Assembly (NCBI RefSeq): GCF_036321535.1
Contig: NC_087436.1
Location: 34,286,001-34,350,000, forward strand
DNA: 64,000 bases
DNA from: Camelus dromedarius
Lineage: Eukaryota
Reading direction: 5' to 3'
Shown: positions 1 through 11,610 of the stretch, piece after piece
How the letters are laid out: the number at the start of each line of letters is the position of its first letter
How positions within the stretch are numbered: position 1 is the stretch's first letter
Position numbers and translations under genes: made by a program
Notes under the pieces: model-generated
What the model was told of the DNA's origin: nothing
What the model saw: only the letters and a program-made list of their open reading frames with translations
Database searches by the model: none

Positions 1-960
1 AATCATCTGCCTTTAGTTGTGTTTTCAAAATCATTTTTCAAACTTTAATTTCTCTAAATAGAAATAGTGAAGATTTGTTTAACTCTGTTTACCTACAATA
101 AAATAAAGTTCTGGATACTCTCACTTTCTGTTTAAGATACTTCTTGTCCCATAAAATTATTTCCCATTATATGACGTTTAAACTCTACTTACTTCTAGTA
201 GTCAACATTTTGTAAATAAAGCCATTCATTCATTCACTCATTTGTTTTTCTGCAAAATGTTTATGAAGTACCTTTTTACTATCACAGAGTGGATATGAGA
301 TTCACAACCTTTCAATATTATTTTTTGTGATCATCTTGCAATTTGCTAATATTTCCTTACTACCATTCAAACTTTTTCCTGCATTCTTAGGTTGTCATTA
401 CTGAAGGCATAGTACCAATCAGCTTTTATGCTCAAAGATACAGGAACCAAAATCAATAGACCAGAAAACTATGAAATGCAATGGTTTTGGTGATCTGTTA
501 TTTTTGTGCTCTGCACAAGGAAACTCAAACCCTGTGTTTGATGAAAAACGTGCATGACCAGTTGCACAGGCCCCTGTAACAAGGCATGATACCGCCCAGA
601 AACCTGTGCAATTGAATTTAGGTTGCAAGCTGGTATCTGTTGCCATATGCATCTTTCTCTGTAAGATAATTCATTTTAAGCATTCTACTTACATTAACAT
701 ATTTTTAAATTCATACTTGTAGACATCTTAGTTTTTAGGTGTTTGATTTTACATTAAAGAAAGGAAAATTAGTCCTCACTCTTTGCTTTTCTGTATGATC
801 AACTATAAATATTAAAATACCATAACTGCCTTTTCTCTAGTCATTTACATGATGGTAGGATGATGTCCCAAATATTTCACACCCAAAATAGATGTGGAAG
901 TCTTATAGACACCGTAGAAGCACATCAGAATAATACTTTAAAAATCTCACTCAACATATT

Positions 961-1155
961 AATAATGATAATAGTGAATATTTATTGAGTCTTTAGGTAC
1001 TCAAGGACTGGTTTAACAAGTTCACGTAAATTGTCTCATCTATTCTTCATAAGTTAGTACAGCTGTTATCTCGACTTTATGTGTAATTAAGCTGAAGGGT
1101 AGAAAGGCTAAGTGATGTTTTTAGGACCACAGACCTAATGAGGAATGGAGCTGGG
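961..1155 (-). mobile_element. MIR SINE, diverged
   Basis: aatagtgaatatttattgag...gctaagtgatgtttttaggaccacagacctaatgaggaatggagctggg resembles the reverse-strand MIR core. Confidence 0.65.
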
Positions 1156-1996
1156 GTGTGATCGCTGTGACTGGGATGTGGGGCTGTTCAGTGCTGGCCT
1201 GGAGCCAGAAGGTGTGAGCAGCTGGATAGGTGATGCTCAGTAAGATGCAGTGGGACTCTGGACAAGCTGATCCCAGGGACCAGCACGAGGCAGGAGCTGG
1301 AGAAAAAGGCCCATCTGGGAGCGATGCTAGTTATTATCCAGTTTAAGTTTGTGGAGCATTTGGGGATACCAGTCTGGCCACAGATTTTGAATTTCTCGTA
1401 ATGGGCATGTTAAGGTTAAAATCAATATTTTCTGGGGTATTACTGATGGCCAGTGTTGGGGCTACATTTCTTGAATATAAGTTTAATTATATACAATTTG
1501 ATGAAATGGAAGTTAATGATCTGAATGGTGTCAATATTCCACTGATTGTATTAAAAAAATTAACTGGATATCTGTGCATGGGAAGGAGGGTGTACACTCA
1601 ATGAACTGAGAGAGGGGATAACTAAATCCAGGTCTCAGAGGCAAAGGATGGGAGGACATGAAGGGCTCTTTTGTCTCTTTTACTGACATTATACTCCACT
1701 CACCAAATCTCATATTCAAAATGAGAATAAGAGAAGAACTTACCCTAAAAGAGGTATTGAGAGAAATGTAGTAATGTGCTTAGAATACTGCTTGGTGCAG
1801 AGTTAAAATGTATTCTGTGTTACTCTTTGCTGTTGTATGTGTTTTAAAAAAAAAAGGAGGGGAGGAATTGACATTTGTTTGTCTGTTTGTTTGTTTTGTG
1901 CAGAGGTATCCTAGGTAGAGCTTTATTTTCTGGATGGCATCTAATTCGGCACTCATACACTGCTGGCCACAGAATTTTTTTTCTTAATGTGCATTC

Positions 1997-2125
1997 TTTT
2001 TTTATTGAAGTATAGTCAGTTTACAACGTTGTGTCAATTTCTGGTCTATAGCACAATGCTTCAGTCATACATGTATTTGTTTTCATCTTCTTTTTCATTA
2101 TAGGTTACTACAAGATATTGAATAG
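1997..2125 (-). mobile_element. L1 3' end, young artiodactyl/camelid type, 5'-truncated
   Basis: Poly-T followed by attgaagtatagtcagtttacaacgttgtgtcaatttctgg...caagatattgaatag, a typical laurasiatherian L1 3' UTR terminus. Confidence 0.85.
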
Positions 2126-3938
2126 GAAAGGCCCATGTTTAATCTTACAGATTTCTGTGTCATAGTTCCCAGGATTTTTGTTCCCCCACAAAACTTTCAA
2201 GTCAACCATATGGTATTTTTTTCAGGAAAATATTTTGAATCATTCTTTCCTTTTAATGATTTCTTAAGTTACAATATGAGACACTTAGCTTTCAAAACTT
2301 GCACAGCTGTGTGGAAGCTATGTTGAGCTGAACATTTAAAAATGCAAAATTTAAAAATTTGCACCAAGAGTTTTAAAGAAGACCTGAATATTTCTAATAT
2401 GCTTTCTAATCAACAATGTTTAAACTTGTTAAGAAATAACTCAGTAACTGACAGGTTTTATCTTTGGCATTCTATGGTGTTTGGTGTTTGGTATTCTGAT
2501 GACACACATATGGAAAACCTCGTGTAACGGTGACTAACTCATTTGGTCAGGAACATGTGATTTCTTTCCGTGTCTATAAACTACATAAATACTGTTGCTG
2601 ATGTGTTTTCTGAATTAGTAAGCAAAAAACATTGTTTACTCAGGAAAATATTCAGCAAGTTCAATCTCATGGTCTCCACACCACAGAATATCTAAGTTTT
2701 TCACAAGATTTTAAAAGCACACCAGCAACAGCAGATGGTTCTGGTTTGAGAAGTGGCCCCGTAGGTGATCCCACATCCAAATGTGACAATTTCTCAAGCC
2801 AAGAACCATCCCCAGGGTCCCCTCTTCTTTCCTTGTTAGCAGCCACAACCCACTTTAAAAGCACTTGGGCTTCTTCGCCTCCTATTTTCTTCAAGAACTG
2901 ACGGAATGAAGCACAGCCTCTCCAGCGGCCCCACTTGCTAGTTGCCCCAAGGGATGTGCATGACGGTCTCATTGATCTCTTCCAGTTTTACAAGGAAACC
3001 TTATAAAGACATTGTTCTACAGTTATAAGTCTTTTGCTGAGATTTAACTCGCCCTGAATTCTGCCCCCAATATTTTTCACTTTTATCCTTGGGGGTAGGG
3101 CTTCCCACCGCACAGCCTGCTCTGGCCTCAGACTTGTCCGCTACAGCCTGAGCACCAGAAGTCCCTGCCTCTCAGCTTTAGGCAGAAACATGAAATCAAG
3201 GGAGAAAAACAGGAATGCCCCCTGATTTTAAGTGAGTCTCACTTCTACGTCCCTCTTCTAAGATGAACGACGTGAGTTCTCTAGTCCTTGGCCCACACAG
3301 GTCTTAGCACTTCCTCTCAAGTGAGGAAGCCATGTTTTGTTGTTGCTGCTCTTCTGTTTTTGTGCGCTCGTTTTTGAACCTTTCCTCTTAACTATGAGAA
3401 GAAGTGGTCTTGGTGCTTACGTTCCTGCTTTCCAATAGCTTTTTGGTTATATATCAAGTAAAGAGCTACATGCTTACTATTACCTTATCTTCAGCCCAGA
3501 ACTTTCTGCTGGCTCTAAACTGATACATCCAACTGACTCTGCTGTCTGCTCTTGCTCTAGAGAGCCTCAAAGTTAGTATGTCAAAAGCTGAAGGCTTCAT
3601 TATTCTGTGTAAGCTTAGTCTGCATATTTATATATAAATTGAAAAACACATGCACATATACATATAAACACATATATGATATTGAACACTTATTTGATAC
3701 CAGATATAAACGTGTGAGACTCATATATGTATTACTCATTTAAAATATAGATTCATGGAGTACATATAACTGTTTAATTTTTATTTAATAAAAAGCTTTA
3801 GACTCAAAGAGTTCAAGCAAGTTTTTTACAATCAGCCATAGCAGACAAAAGAAAGCCAATTTTGAACCCTTAAAAAATATATTTTCTCAGTTCATTAGGC
3901 TCAGATAAAACTATGCCACTCTTATTGAAACTCTATAT

Positions 3939-3976
3939 TATTATTATCATCATCATCATCGTCACCATCATCAATA
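3939..3976. repeat. (ATT)n/(CAT)n compound trinucleotide microsatellite
   Basis: attattattatcatcatcatcatcgtcaccatcatc. Confidence 0.8.
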
Positions 3977-5706
3977 TTATTTCAGTGTATGTCTGCCGTT
4001 AAGTTATAAGCTGAGAGAAGGGATAATGCCTTAATCCATCTTTATATAAACCCATCATGCATGCCAACAGGCTTTGTTCTCAATGTGTGTTGACTTCTCC
4101 TTTGGTTCTATACATGGAAATCTGGTCTAGTGACTACATGGCTGGAACTTCAAAGAGTGGGACACTTCTAGAAATATGCATCTGGGAATACAGGCCTTAG
4201 CCTAGGGCTAGGGGCAGAGAACAGGACCACAGACAAAGGTCAAAGTTTTAGAGATAGTCTACTACTTATAAACAGAGGGTCCCAATTAATCCTGAATCCC
4301 ATGAGAAGAATCAGAATCCTAGGGGCCAGTGTTTAGCTTGGATAGACCTGATAATGATGAATTACATAGGTAGTGGCATAATAGGGCAAGATTACTCAGT
4401 TCCTCTGGAATTGGTTTATGAGAACCAGATGCAAACAGCAAAGAAAGGTAGGATGAAATGACCCAGACTCCTGGTAGAGGACAGTGAGCCAATGAAAAGG
4501 GCTGAAGAAACAAATATATAAAAGGTCAAGATCTCAGAAATGTATACTTGTAAAGGTGAGGAGGATACAGTGGACATTGGAAATATAATTAAAAGTCAGA
4601 TGATAAAAGGAACCTCAAATTTCATTTTGTAAAATTATATGTACTGTATATGTTGTACATCTGTGGATGTGTGATAGATGTATGTACATATATAAATGTA
4701 AAATAAACATGATAAATTGATAGAGCCTTCTGAAATTTTTAGAGCAAATAGTAAAAAATACATATGATTCTTAAAAGCATTTTTAAAAGTATGCAAAAAC
4801 GTAGCTCACACACACATAACACAGACATACACACATACACACTATTCACAGCTTAATCTTCTGATAGCCCATTATACTGTGGGTAGTTCCAAGCTTTGTC
4901 TAAGTCCTATTTTGTACTCTTCAGTTTGGGAAATGATTAAACTGGCACTGCCTTTTAACAATGGTGGCTCAAAAAAGGTCAAAATATATAAAAATGAAGT
5001 TCAAGGAAACTTTAAGATTTTAAAAAGAAAAAACTTCCAGGCAACTGGTCTATCAAAAAATACTTTAAAAAGTGTAATGAATGAGTCTAAATATCTAAAG
5101 TTCAAACTGCAGGCATTTTACGTTTTTAATGTTAGCCCCTATAAATTAAACATACTTTACTGAAACATGAAAAACTATTCAGCCCAATAGAATTTTTGCT
5201 TAACTGAAATCTGTTGCTTTGCAACAAAGCTGATTTCATTCCTGACATCAAACATTTGGTGAATGGGTCCCCTGACTGGCTGTGTGTTTGTTGTAATAAA
5301 GTATTAGCTTCTTTTTACCCATGAAGTAAACACATATTTCTCACACTAAGTAAGCCATCCTCTAAAAATGTATTGAACTCACCAATTCAATATTAACATT
5401 TAAGTATGTGGTTAGATTTAAATTTGAATCCAGAAAATATATGAAGCAAATAAGCATGTAATAGTTCAAATATGACCAACAGATTTTGCCTTAAAATTTT
5501 CATTTTATGTTACTGCTAATTAGTTCTACAAATATGTTTATATAAACTAGGTATATACACACTTAAGTAACATGTTATTTTTAAATCATTTCTGCAGGAA
5601 TGTTTATCAAAAATATTGTATTTCTTAATATATCTTCCTACTGAATAGAACTGACAAGCAAAACTAAAGAAATTACTTAATAATGTTAGGAAAAAGAGAC
5701 TGAAGA

Positions 5707-5800
5707 GTGATGTGAATGTACTTAATGCCACTGAACTGTACATTTAAGAACGGCTAGAATGGTAAACTTTATGTTATATATATTTTACAATTTTTTAAAA
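5707..5800 (+). mobile_element. L1M (L1MA/MB-type) 3' end fragment
   Basis: gtgaatgtacttaatgccactgaactgtacatttaagaacggctagaatggtaaactttatgttatatatattttac is a characteristic old L1 3' terminus. Confidence 0.85.
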
Positions 5801-7654
5801 TTTACAAAATAAAATATAGTGTAAATTAAATATATTATCCCACACACAAAGCATGTCATGAGGAATTACTTTTTGGACAACATTTCAAAAAAAATCCTCT
5901 CAACACATGTTGAAACTCTGAAATACCAGAAGCAGTCACCAAATTCTAAATGTAACCTGCCTCCTACCTACTTAGTGAAAATACCAAGTTATATATTTAC
6001 AGAATAATTATCAAAATAAGTTACACCAATGATTAAGTTTTAACAAGATAAAATTAGAGGACTTTTGAAAAGGAAAAAAAAAAGTCCTTGTAACAAGCCT
6101 ATGTTAATTTCTACTGTATTTAACATTTGTCCTTTAGGTAGTATAAACATTTTCTTTAATATTTCAAATAGTTTGTGTCCATTTCAAAGTTGGGTTTCCT
6201 TTGTCTACTCAGATTTACAGGTTAAATTCAGTAAATGAAAAGTTGACTGAAATTATTTTATCAAATTTTAATTCTATGCAGTTAATTGTAGCTCTTATGT
6301 AATAACGCCAATTCTAGCACTTGTTTAATGGAACTTTGGAAGCAAAATCATCTTTTTTTTTGTATTTTTATCCTGTGAATATACAAATGAAATTCTACAT
6401 AGGAAATTTTTTCCTAAGAAGAAGCTGATTTAAAGGAAATTATTTAAGTAAATGATTTATAATAGTACTTACGTCACTAACAGGTATGGTACAAAGTCTT
6501 GCTAGAAATAAGAGGAAATGAAACAATCACCAACTATCAACTTAGGAAACAAAATTCTCATCTAAGACAAACACCTCAATGGAAATAAACGAAACTGCCT
6601 TCAACTGAAATGTATAATTAAGTTAAATGCAAGTGATTTCTGGTAATTGAAGATAACCCTGGCAGAATTTAATTGATGGATTCACTGGTGCCTTACGGAA
6701 AGTTTTCAAGCAATTTTCATCATTAAGCATGTTCATCGTAACAGACAAGGCAAGCTCTTCTTCAACATTTTCCTTTCCCACAAATGATACTGACAAAATG
6801 CAGTCTTCCTGGGACATTTCAAAAACAACTCTCTTTAGATGTAAAATGCCATATTCCACACTTCTGACCTCTCTTTTGACTGCAGAAACATTTGCAATGC
6901 AGTGACCCTCTCAACTGAACAATGTGATAGTATGAATTCAAAATGTCATTATAGCCTCACCAAGAAAATAAAGCATGGTGATTAGCCCTTTTAGATTTTT
7001 AGGATTAACTTTTATAAAAGCATCGTGTTTCCCTCTATTAAAAAGTAATTTCCAATCCCTGCATAAGAATGAGGTTTATTCCCTCTTTCAGTCAGATGAT
7101 AAATGCCCTTAATTAGAAATGCTAATAACTGAACTTTTCCCCTCAGATCTATTAATTATGCTGACACATAGGCAGTTCATAACTAAACTTTTGGGCCAAA
7201 TCTATTGCCAGATTATCTTTATATCCCTTTAGTATATTAGACTGAAAACAGATAAGTAAAGAGAATATATTTAATCTGTGCACAGATTAATATTCCATCC
7301 CTAAATTAAGTGCAAATACTGACTCATTGTATGTGCATATTATTAGTATAATATTTAACATTCGCTTTGCACTCTATACTTTATAAACCCTTTATAAAAC
7401 CCAAATCATTTCCTGATTTGATGAAAACAGCAATCCTTTGATTTCAAATTCATAGTCTTATTTTACGAGCTGTTTTAATCACAGAGAACCACAAGTTGTT
7501 TCCTTTTTCCTTGCAAAAACCAACGTTCTTTTTAATATAAAATAATATTTAATCCAAAGAGAAGCAACTCTTATAAACACGGTTTACATAAAACATATTG
7601 TGGCAGATGAGCTAATATGTAGGAAACAGTGAGTAATGTTTAAGAAATGGTCTC

Positions 7655-7900
7655 CTCGATCAGGTTCAGTGGCTTCAAATGCTGTTTTCACTGATTAACA
7701 GCTGCCTGTTGACTTGACTGCCAGTCCAAGTCAAGTTGCTTACCTTCTCTAATACTCAGTTTTATCTTTGTTTTTCCTTTAGTCCATAATATTGGGATAA
7801 TAGTATCTAATTTACAAGGCTGTTGTGAGATTAGATGAGATGACCGTATAGTACAAATTCGGGTACGTACAAGCACTCAGTATGCACAGAATGAATATCA
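7655..7900 (+). mobile_element. MIR SINE
   Basis: caagttgcttaccttctct...gggataatagtatctaatttacaaggctgttgtgagattagatgag matches the MIR core. Confidence 0.7.
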
Positions 7901-7904
7901 TCTA

Positions 7905-8825
7905 AAATATGACTTCCCAAGTTGGATCTTTACTCAGACATCTTCCCTGAGACCTAAACTTTAACATCTATCTACCTGGCATCTCCAGTGGAGACATCGT
8001 ACTATCTAAAATACAATATATCCAAAAAATAATTAATGATAATTCACCCTAAAAATCTTTTCTTTCCCCATCTCCAAATTTCTCAGGCCAGTATTCTAGA
8101 ACTCACACTTGATTTGTCCCTTTGCCTAATTTCCTACACCTCCAATTCCATCATCCAGTTCTACTGGCTCAACCTTCAAAATGGATACAATGTTTAGCTC
8201 CTTCACAGCGCCTCACACTGTCTCCCAATGTCAAACACGATCATGTCTCTCCGGGACTGCTGGTGAGGCCTTTTAGTCACCACTTCTATTCCTGTTGTAG
8301 TCACCACTGCCATGAAACCAGACCTTTCCAAAGTCTCCCGTCACTCCCCTGTCCCACGTCTTAACAAGGCTTCACCTTACTCTTTAAATAAAATGAGAGC
8401 TCCTTGCCCTGGCCTGAAATGTTCACATGATCCAGCCTCGGCCCACCTTATCTTCCAAGACTCTTCCTCTCCTGTACTCGGGGCCAGCCATCCAGGCCCG
8501 CTTGCTTGTCTTTGGATGTAGCCAACTTGATCCCTGCCTCCAGCCCGTTTCATCTGCCAGCAACGCTGCTTACCCAAATCTTCACATTTCACTGTCCTGA
8601 CTAGACTATTAAAAACAATGCCTCTAGTTCCTTACTTTCTAGCCACTTTAACTGCTCTGTTTAACCCCATAGCATCTCATGTAACTCCTGGTCTATGTAT
8701 TACATTTTGTCTCTCTTTCTGACTAGAATGTAACTTCTATGAGGACAGAGACTGTCATTTTTTCCACAGTATCTCCAGTTTCTAGAAGAATACCTGGCAG
8801 AGACCGCTCCGTAAATATTTTCCGA
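7905..8825 (+). mobile_element. L2 LINE 3' region
   Basis: L2-like segments including aaccttcaaaat and gactagaatgtaacttctatgaggacagagac...acctggcag...taaatattt at the 3' terminus. Confidence 0.8.
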
Positions 8826-10409
8826 CAAAACATTGTCAAGATACTTGTTACACACCAGTACTGCCCGCAGACGTGCTGGAGTCTCACTGACTCTAAACAG
8901 AATTCACTTATAAGGTCTATTAAATTCCCATTATAGTTAGGTTTTAATAAATGAAAGACGACAGTTAGCAGGGATAATTGGCAATACTATCTTCTACCTG
9001 GAAAACCTACTGAATTTTTTATATCTTCTCCTACTTAGCAATTTAATTTGAACAATGCCTAAATTTAAGCTTATTTTCAAACCATCAGCACTGAAATGAC
9101 TGATACCAATGGATTTGACTTCACCTAAAATATTTGGAAATATTTATTTATTTATTTGGAAAAGAAAAATAACAGTAGAATGTTTTATTCATTAGAGTAC
9201 AATGGTAAGAAGAAAGGCTTTCTTAAAATTGCATTTTTGGAAATCGATGTTTTGCAAAGAGGCAAACTGCCTAATTATTCCAGGCCTCAACTTTCTTACC
9301 TCAAAAATGAAAGGGACTGGCTCATTTCCAAAAAAAAAAGTCTTCTGGCTATAAAATTATCATTTTAAGTCAGAGTTTTCTTAGAGTTTTTTTCACATAT
9401 AGTTGTCTTTTAAAATCCTTCCACATGACACACTGGGTTTTACCTGTAACATCCCCGTACTGTCACATCATCTAATTTTGCTGCTTTTTTTGTATATAAA
9501 TTTAGTTCCTTGTAAGAATGGTAGCAGATACTAATGGCTCACGGACTCTGAATTTACTGGTGAGGGCAGAAGATCATCAAAGGTTAAAATATTTTTTCTA
9601 AGAGACCTGGAAAAATTACATGTATAGATGCATAGCTATTGGAATATTTTATCTGAACACCAAAATCTTCATAACAAAACTCAAAACAAGCAAACCTTTT
9701 CATATTACATTTATGTAAAGATTCATAGGCCTTTATCATTAAGCTATGTGGAGCCAAATGCTACATGTAGGATATATTTTTTGTAGCGAAAAAGGTGTTG
9801 GGTATTTGGGAGATATGGAAGGCTCAGACCGTGTTGCTTTGGGAAGCCCAGGTATAAAAGAATTGCCAAGTGCCGAAACTTTTCAAAAGCAGTTTCTGTT
9901 TATGCAGATTTTGAGTTAGTGAGCCGAATTAAGAAACGTAGGCAGCACAGCACAAAGCAGAGACAAGAGCTACCTAGAAACATCTAACAGATAACAGAAC
10001 TGAGTCAGAGCCAGAAGTTCAGGAGAGAGTCATGGGAATATAGCTCCAGCAGTATTTTAAGCATTTGAAACTGAATTAAAGCCATAAAATGCTTCAGTGG
10101 GTCCTTACATATGACTGCAATTTATCACATCACACTAAACACCCCAGAGCCTTAAACACTTGTGCTGCTTTTCAAAGCAGGGGTCAGTTTGAATGACCAC
10201 AACCAATGTAGCGAAAACTTCTGGAATTTCAGCCATGAGATAAAAAAGATTGGCACTTTTCCTTTAGGTGGGTATTCTGAAAAACCTGCAAGTGATAAAC
10301 ACACAACAATAAACTAAATAAAAGTATGGTAAATAAATACAAAATAATGTCTACGTGTTAAAATAACAGGATGGTGATAACAAATTACCACCATTTTTCA
10401 CTTATTAAA

Positions 10410-10910
10410 TCATTCATTCATTCAACATAGTTTATTAAGCACTTGCTATGTTACAAGTTCTAGTCTGGATGTTTCTGGGTATTCAGTTTTGAATAAGACT
10501 TAGGAAGTTTGCATTCTACTGGAAGCATGACAGTTATTGCTGGGGGAAAGAAACTATCCACACTCATATATATGTAGTATACATATATACTATATGTACA
10601 TAAACATGTAATCTTAAGTAACAATTGGTGTTAAGAAGAAATCACAACAAAGTAAAGCGACAGACGGTGGCCCTGGAGAGAGGGGAGGTGGGACCTCTGG
10701 ATGGTGGTCAAATAAGTCCTCTGAGAAGCTGACGTTTGACCTCAATGTAATGACAAAATAACCAAGATGTGAAAGTGCTCTCATCCCATTAAAAATTAGA
10801 AAAAGAAAAATACCCCAGCCAGCTACAAAGTAGAACACTCCAGACAGCAAGACTGACAAGCAAAGGACCGAAGGCAGGAAAAGGTAGACATTTTTAAAGG
10901 GGCTAGGTTA
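10410..10910 (-). mobile_element. L2 LINE 3' end
   Basis: Begins tcattcattcattcaac...ttattaagcacttgctatg; continues with ggtggtcaaataagtcctctgagaagctgacgtttg. Confidence 0.8.
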
Positions 10911-10929
10911 ACTGGCATTGCCAATGTCT

Positions 10930-11060
10930 TGTAAATGTTTGGCAACTGCTTTTTAGAAGCAAGTCACCCAGGTTTGCTCGTTTCTGTGGTGTAAATATTC
11001 CTACATTGGCCGATTTCAACCTGACCTACATGAAGATACTGAACGCAGTGCTGGGTGGTG
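10930..11060. mobile_element. MER63-like hAT-Blackjack DNA transposon fragment, within the L2
   Basis: ggtgtaaatattcctacattggccgatttcaacc...actgaacgcag resembles recalled MER63 internal sequence. Confidence 0.55.
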
Positions 11061-11069
11061 ATAGTGGCT

Positions 11070-11225
11070 GGCACATGATAAAGGCAGCAGCTGATAGTGA
11101 CAGAAGGGGCCAGAGAAGTGGACAGAGGCCTGGTCATTTAATGCCATGTGGTCAGTGGCAAGTTTTTATTCTTGGAAATTGCTAAAGTTTTTAAGTAAGT
11201 GATGGAACATAATGGTCTAATTCTA
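11070..11225 (-). mobile_element. L2 fragment, probable continuation of 10410-10910
   Basis: gacagaggcctggtcatttaatgccatg...aaagtttttaagtaagtgatggaacataatggtctaatt. Confidence 0.55.
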
Positions 11226-11227
11226 AA

Positions 11228-11475
11228 TTTTTTCAGATTCTTTTCTGTAACAGCTCATTACAAGAAACTGCATATAGTTCCCTGTGTCATACAGTGGGTT
11301 CTTGTTTATTTTACGTATAGTGATGTGTATCTATTAATCCCAAACTCCTAGTCTATCCCTCCCTGCCCTTTCCCCTCTGGTAACCACAGTTTGTTTTCTA
11401 TTTCCATGAATCTACTTCTGGTTTATAAATAAAATTTGTAGCTCTTTTTTTTTTGATTCCACATATAAGTGACAT
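11228..11475 (-). mobile_element. L1 3' UTR fragment, laurasiatherian/artiodactyl type
   Basis: ttcagattcttttc...atagttccctgtgtcatacagt...ttaatcccaaactcc...ggtaaccacagtttgttttcta...gattccacatataagtgacatcatatg. Confidence 0.88.
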
Positions 11476-11489
11476 CATATGATAATAAG

Positions 11490-11610
11490 TTTTTAGAGTA
11501 GGGATTGCTATTTCCATTCTATACGTATGAGCATGAAGGCAATTTGTTCAAGGTCATGTAGCTCGGAAATGGCAGAGGTGGCCTTTGATTCTCTTTTTCA
11601 CTCTAAAGCT
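11490..11610 (-). mobile_element. MIR fragment
   Basis: gcaatttgttcaaggtcatgtagctcggaaatggcagaggtgg. Confidence 0.6.

Noticed and set aside
2667-2972. 101-aa minus-strand ORF as a protein or cryptic exon
   Set aside because: No recognisable family. Its best acceptor (cttcattccgtcag) is phase 0, which does not fit the phase-1 upstream FAT4 exon in this frame.
5206-5237. TGTTGC-ttt-GCAACA palindrome as an RFX X-box or hairpin
   Set aside because: Spacing and bases deviate from the X-box consensus, and the arms are too short to exceed chance.
9853-9860. TATAAAAG as an antisense promoter
   Set aside because: A single 8-mer in AT-rich DNA with no CpG island or other support; expected by chance.
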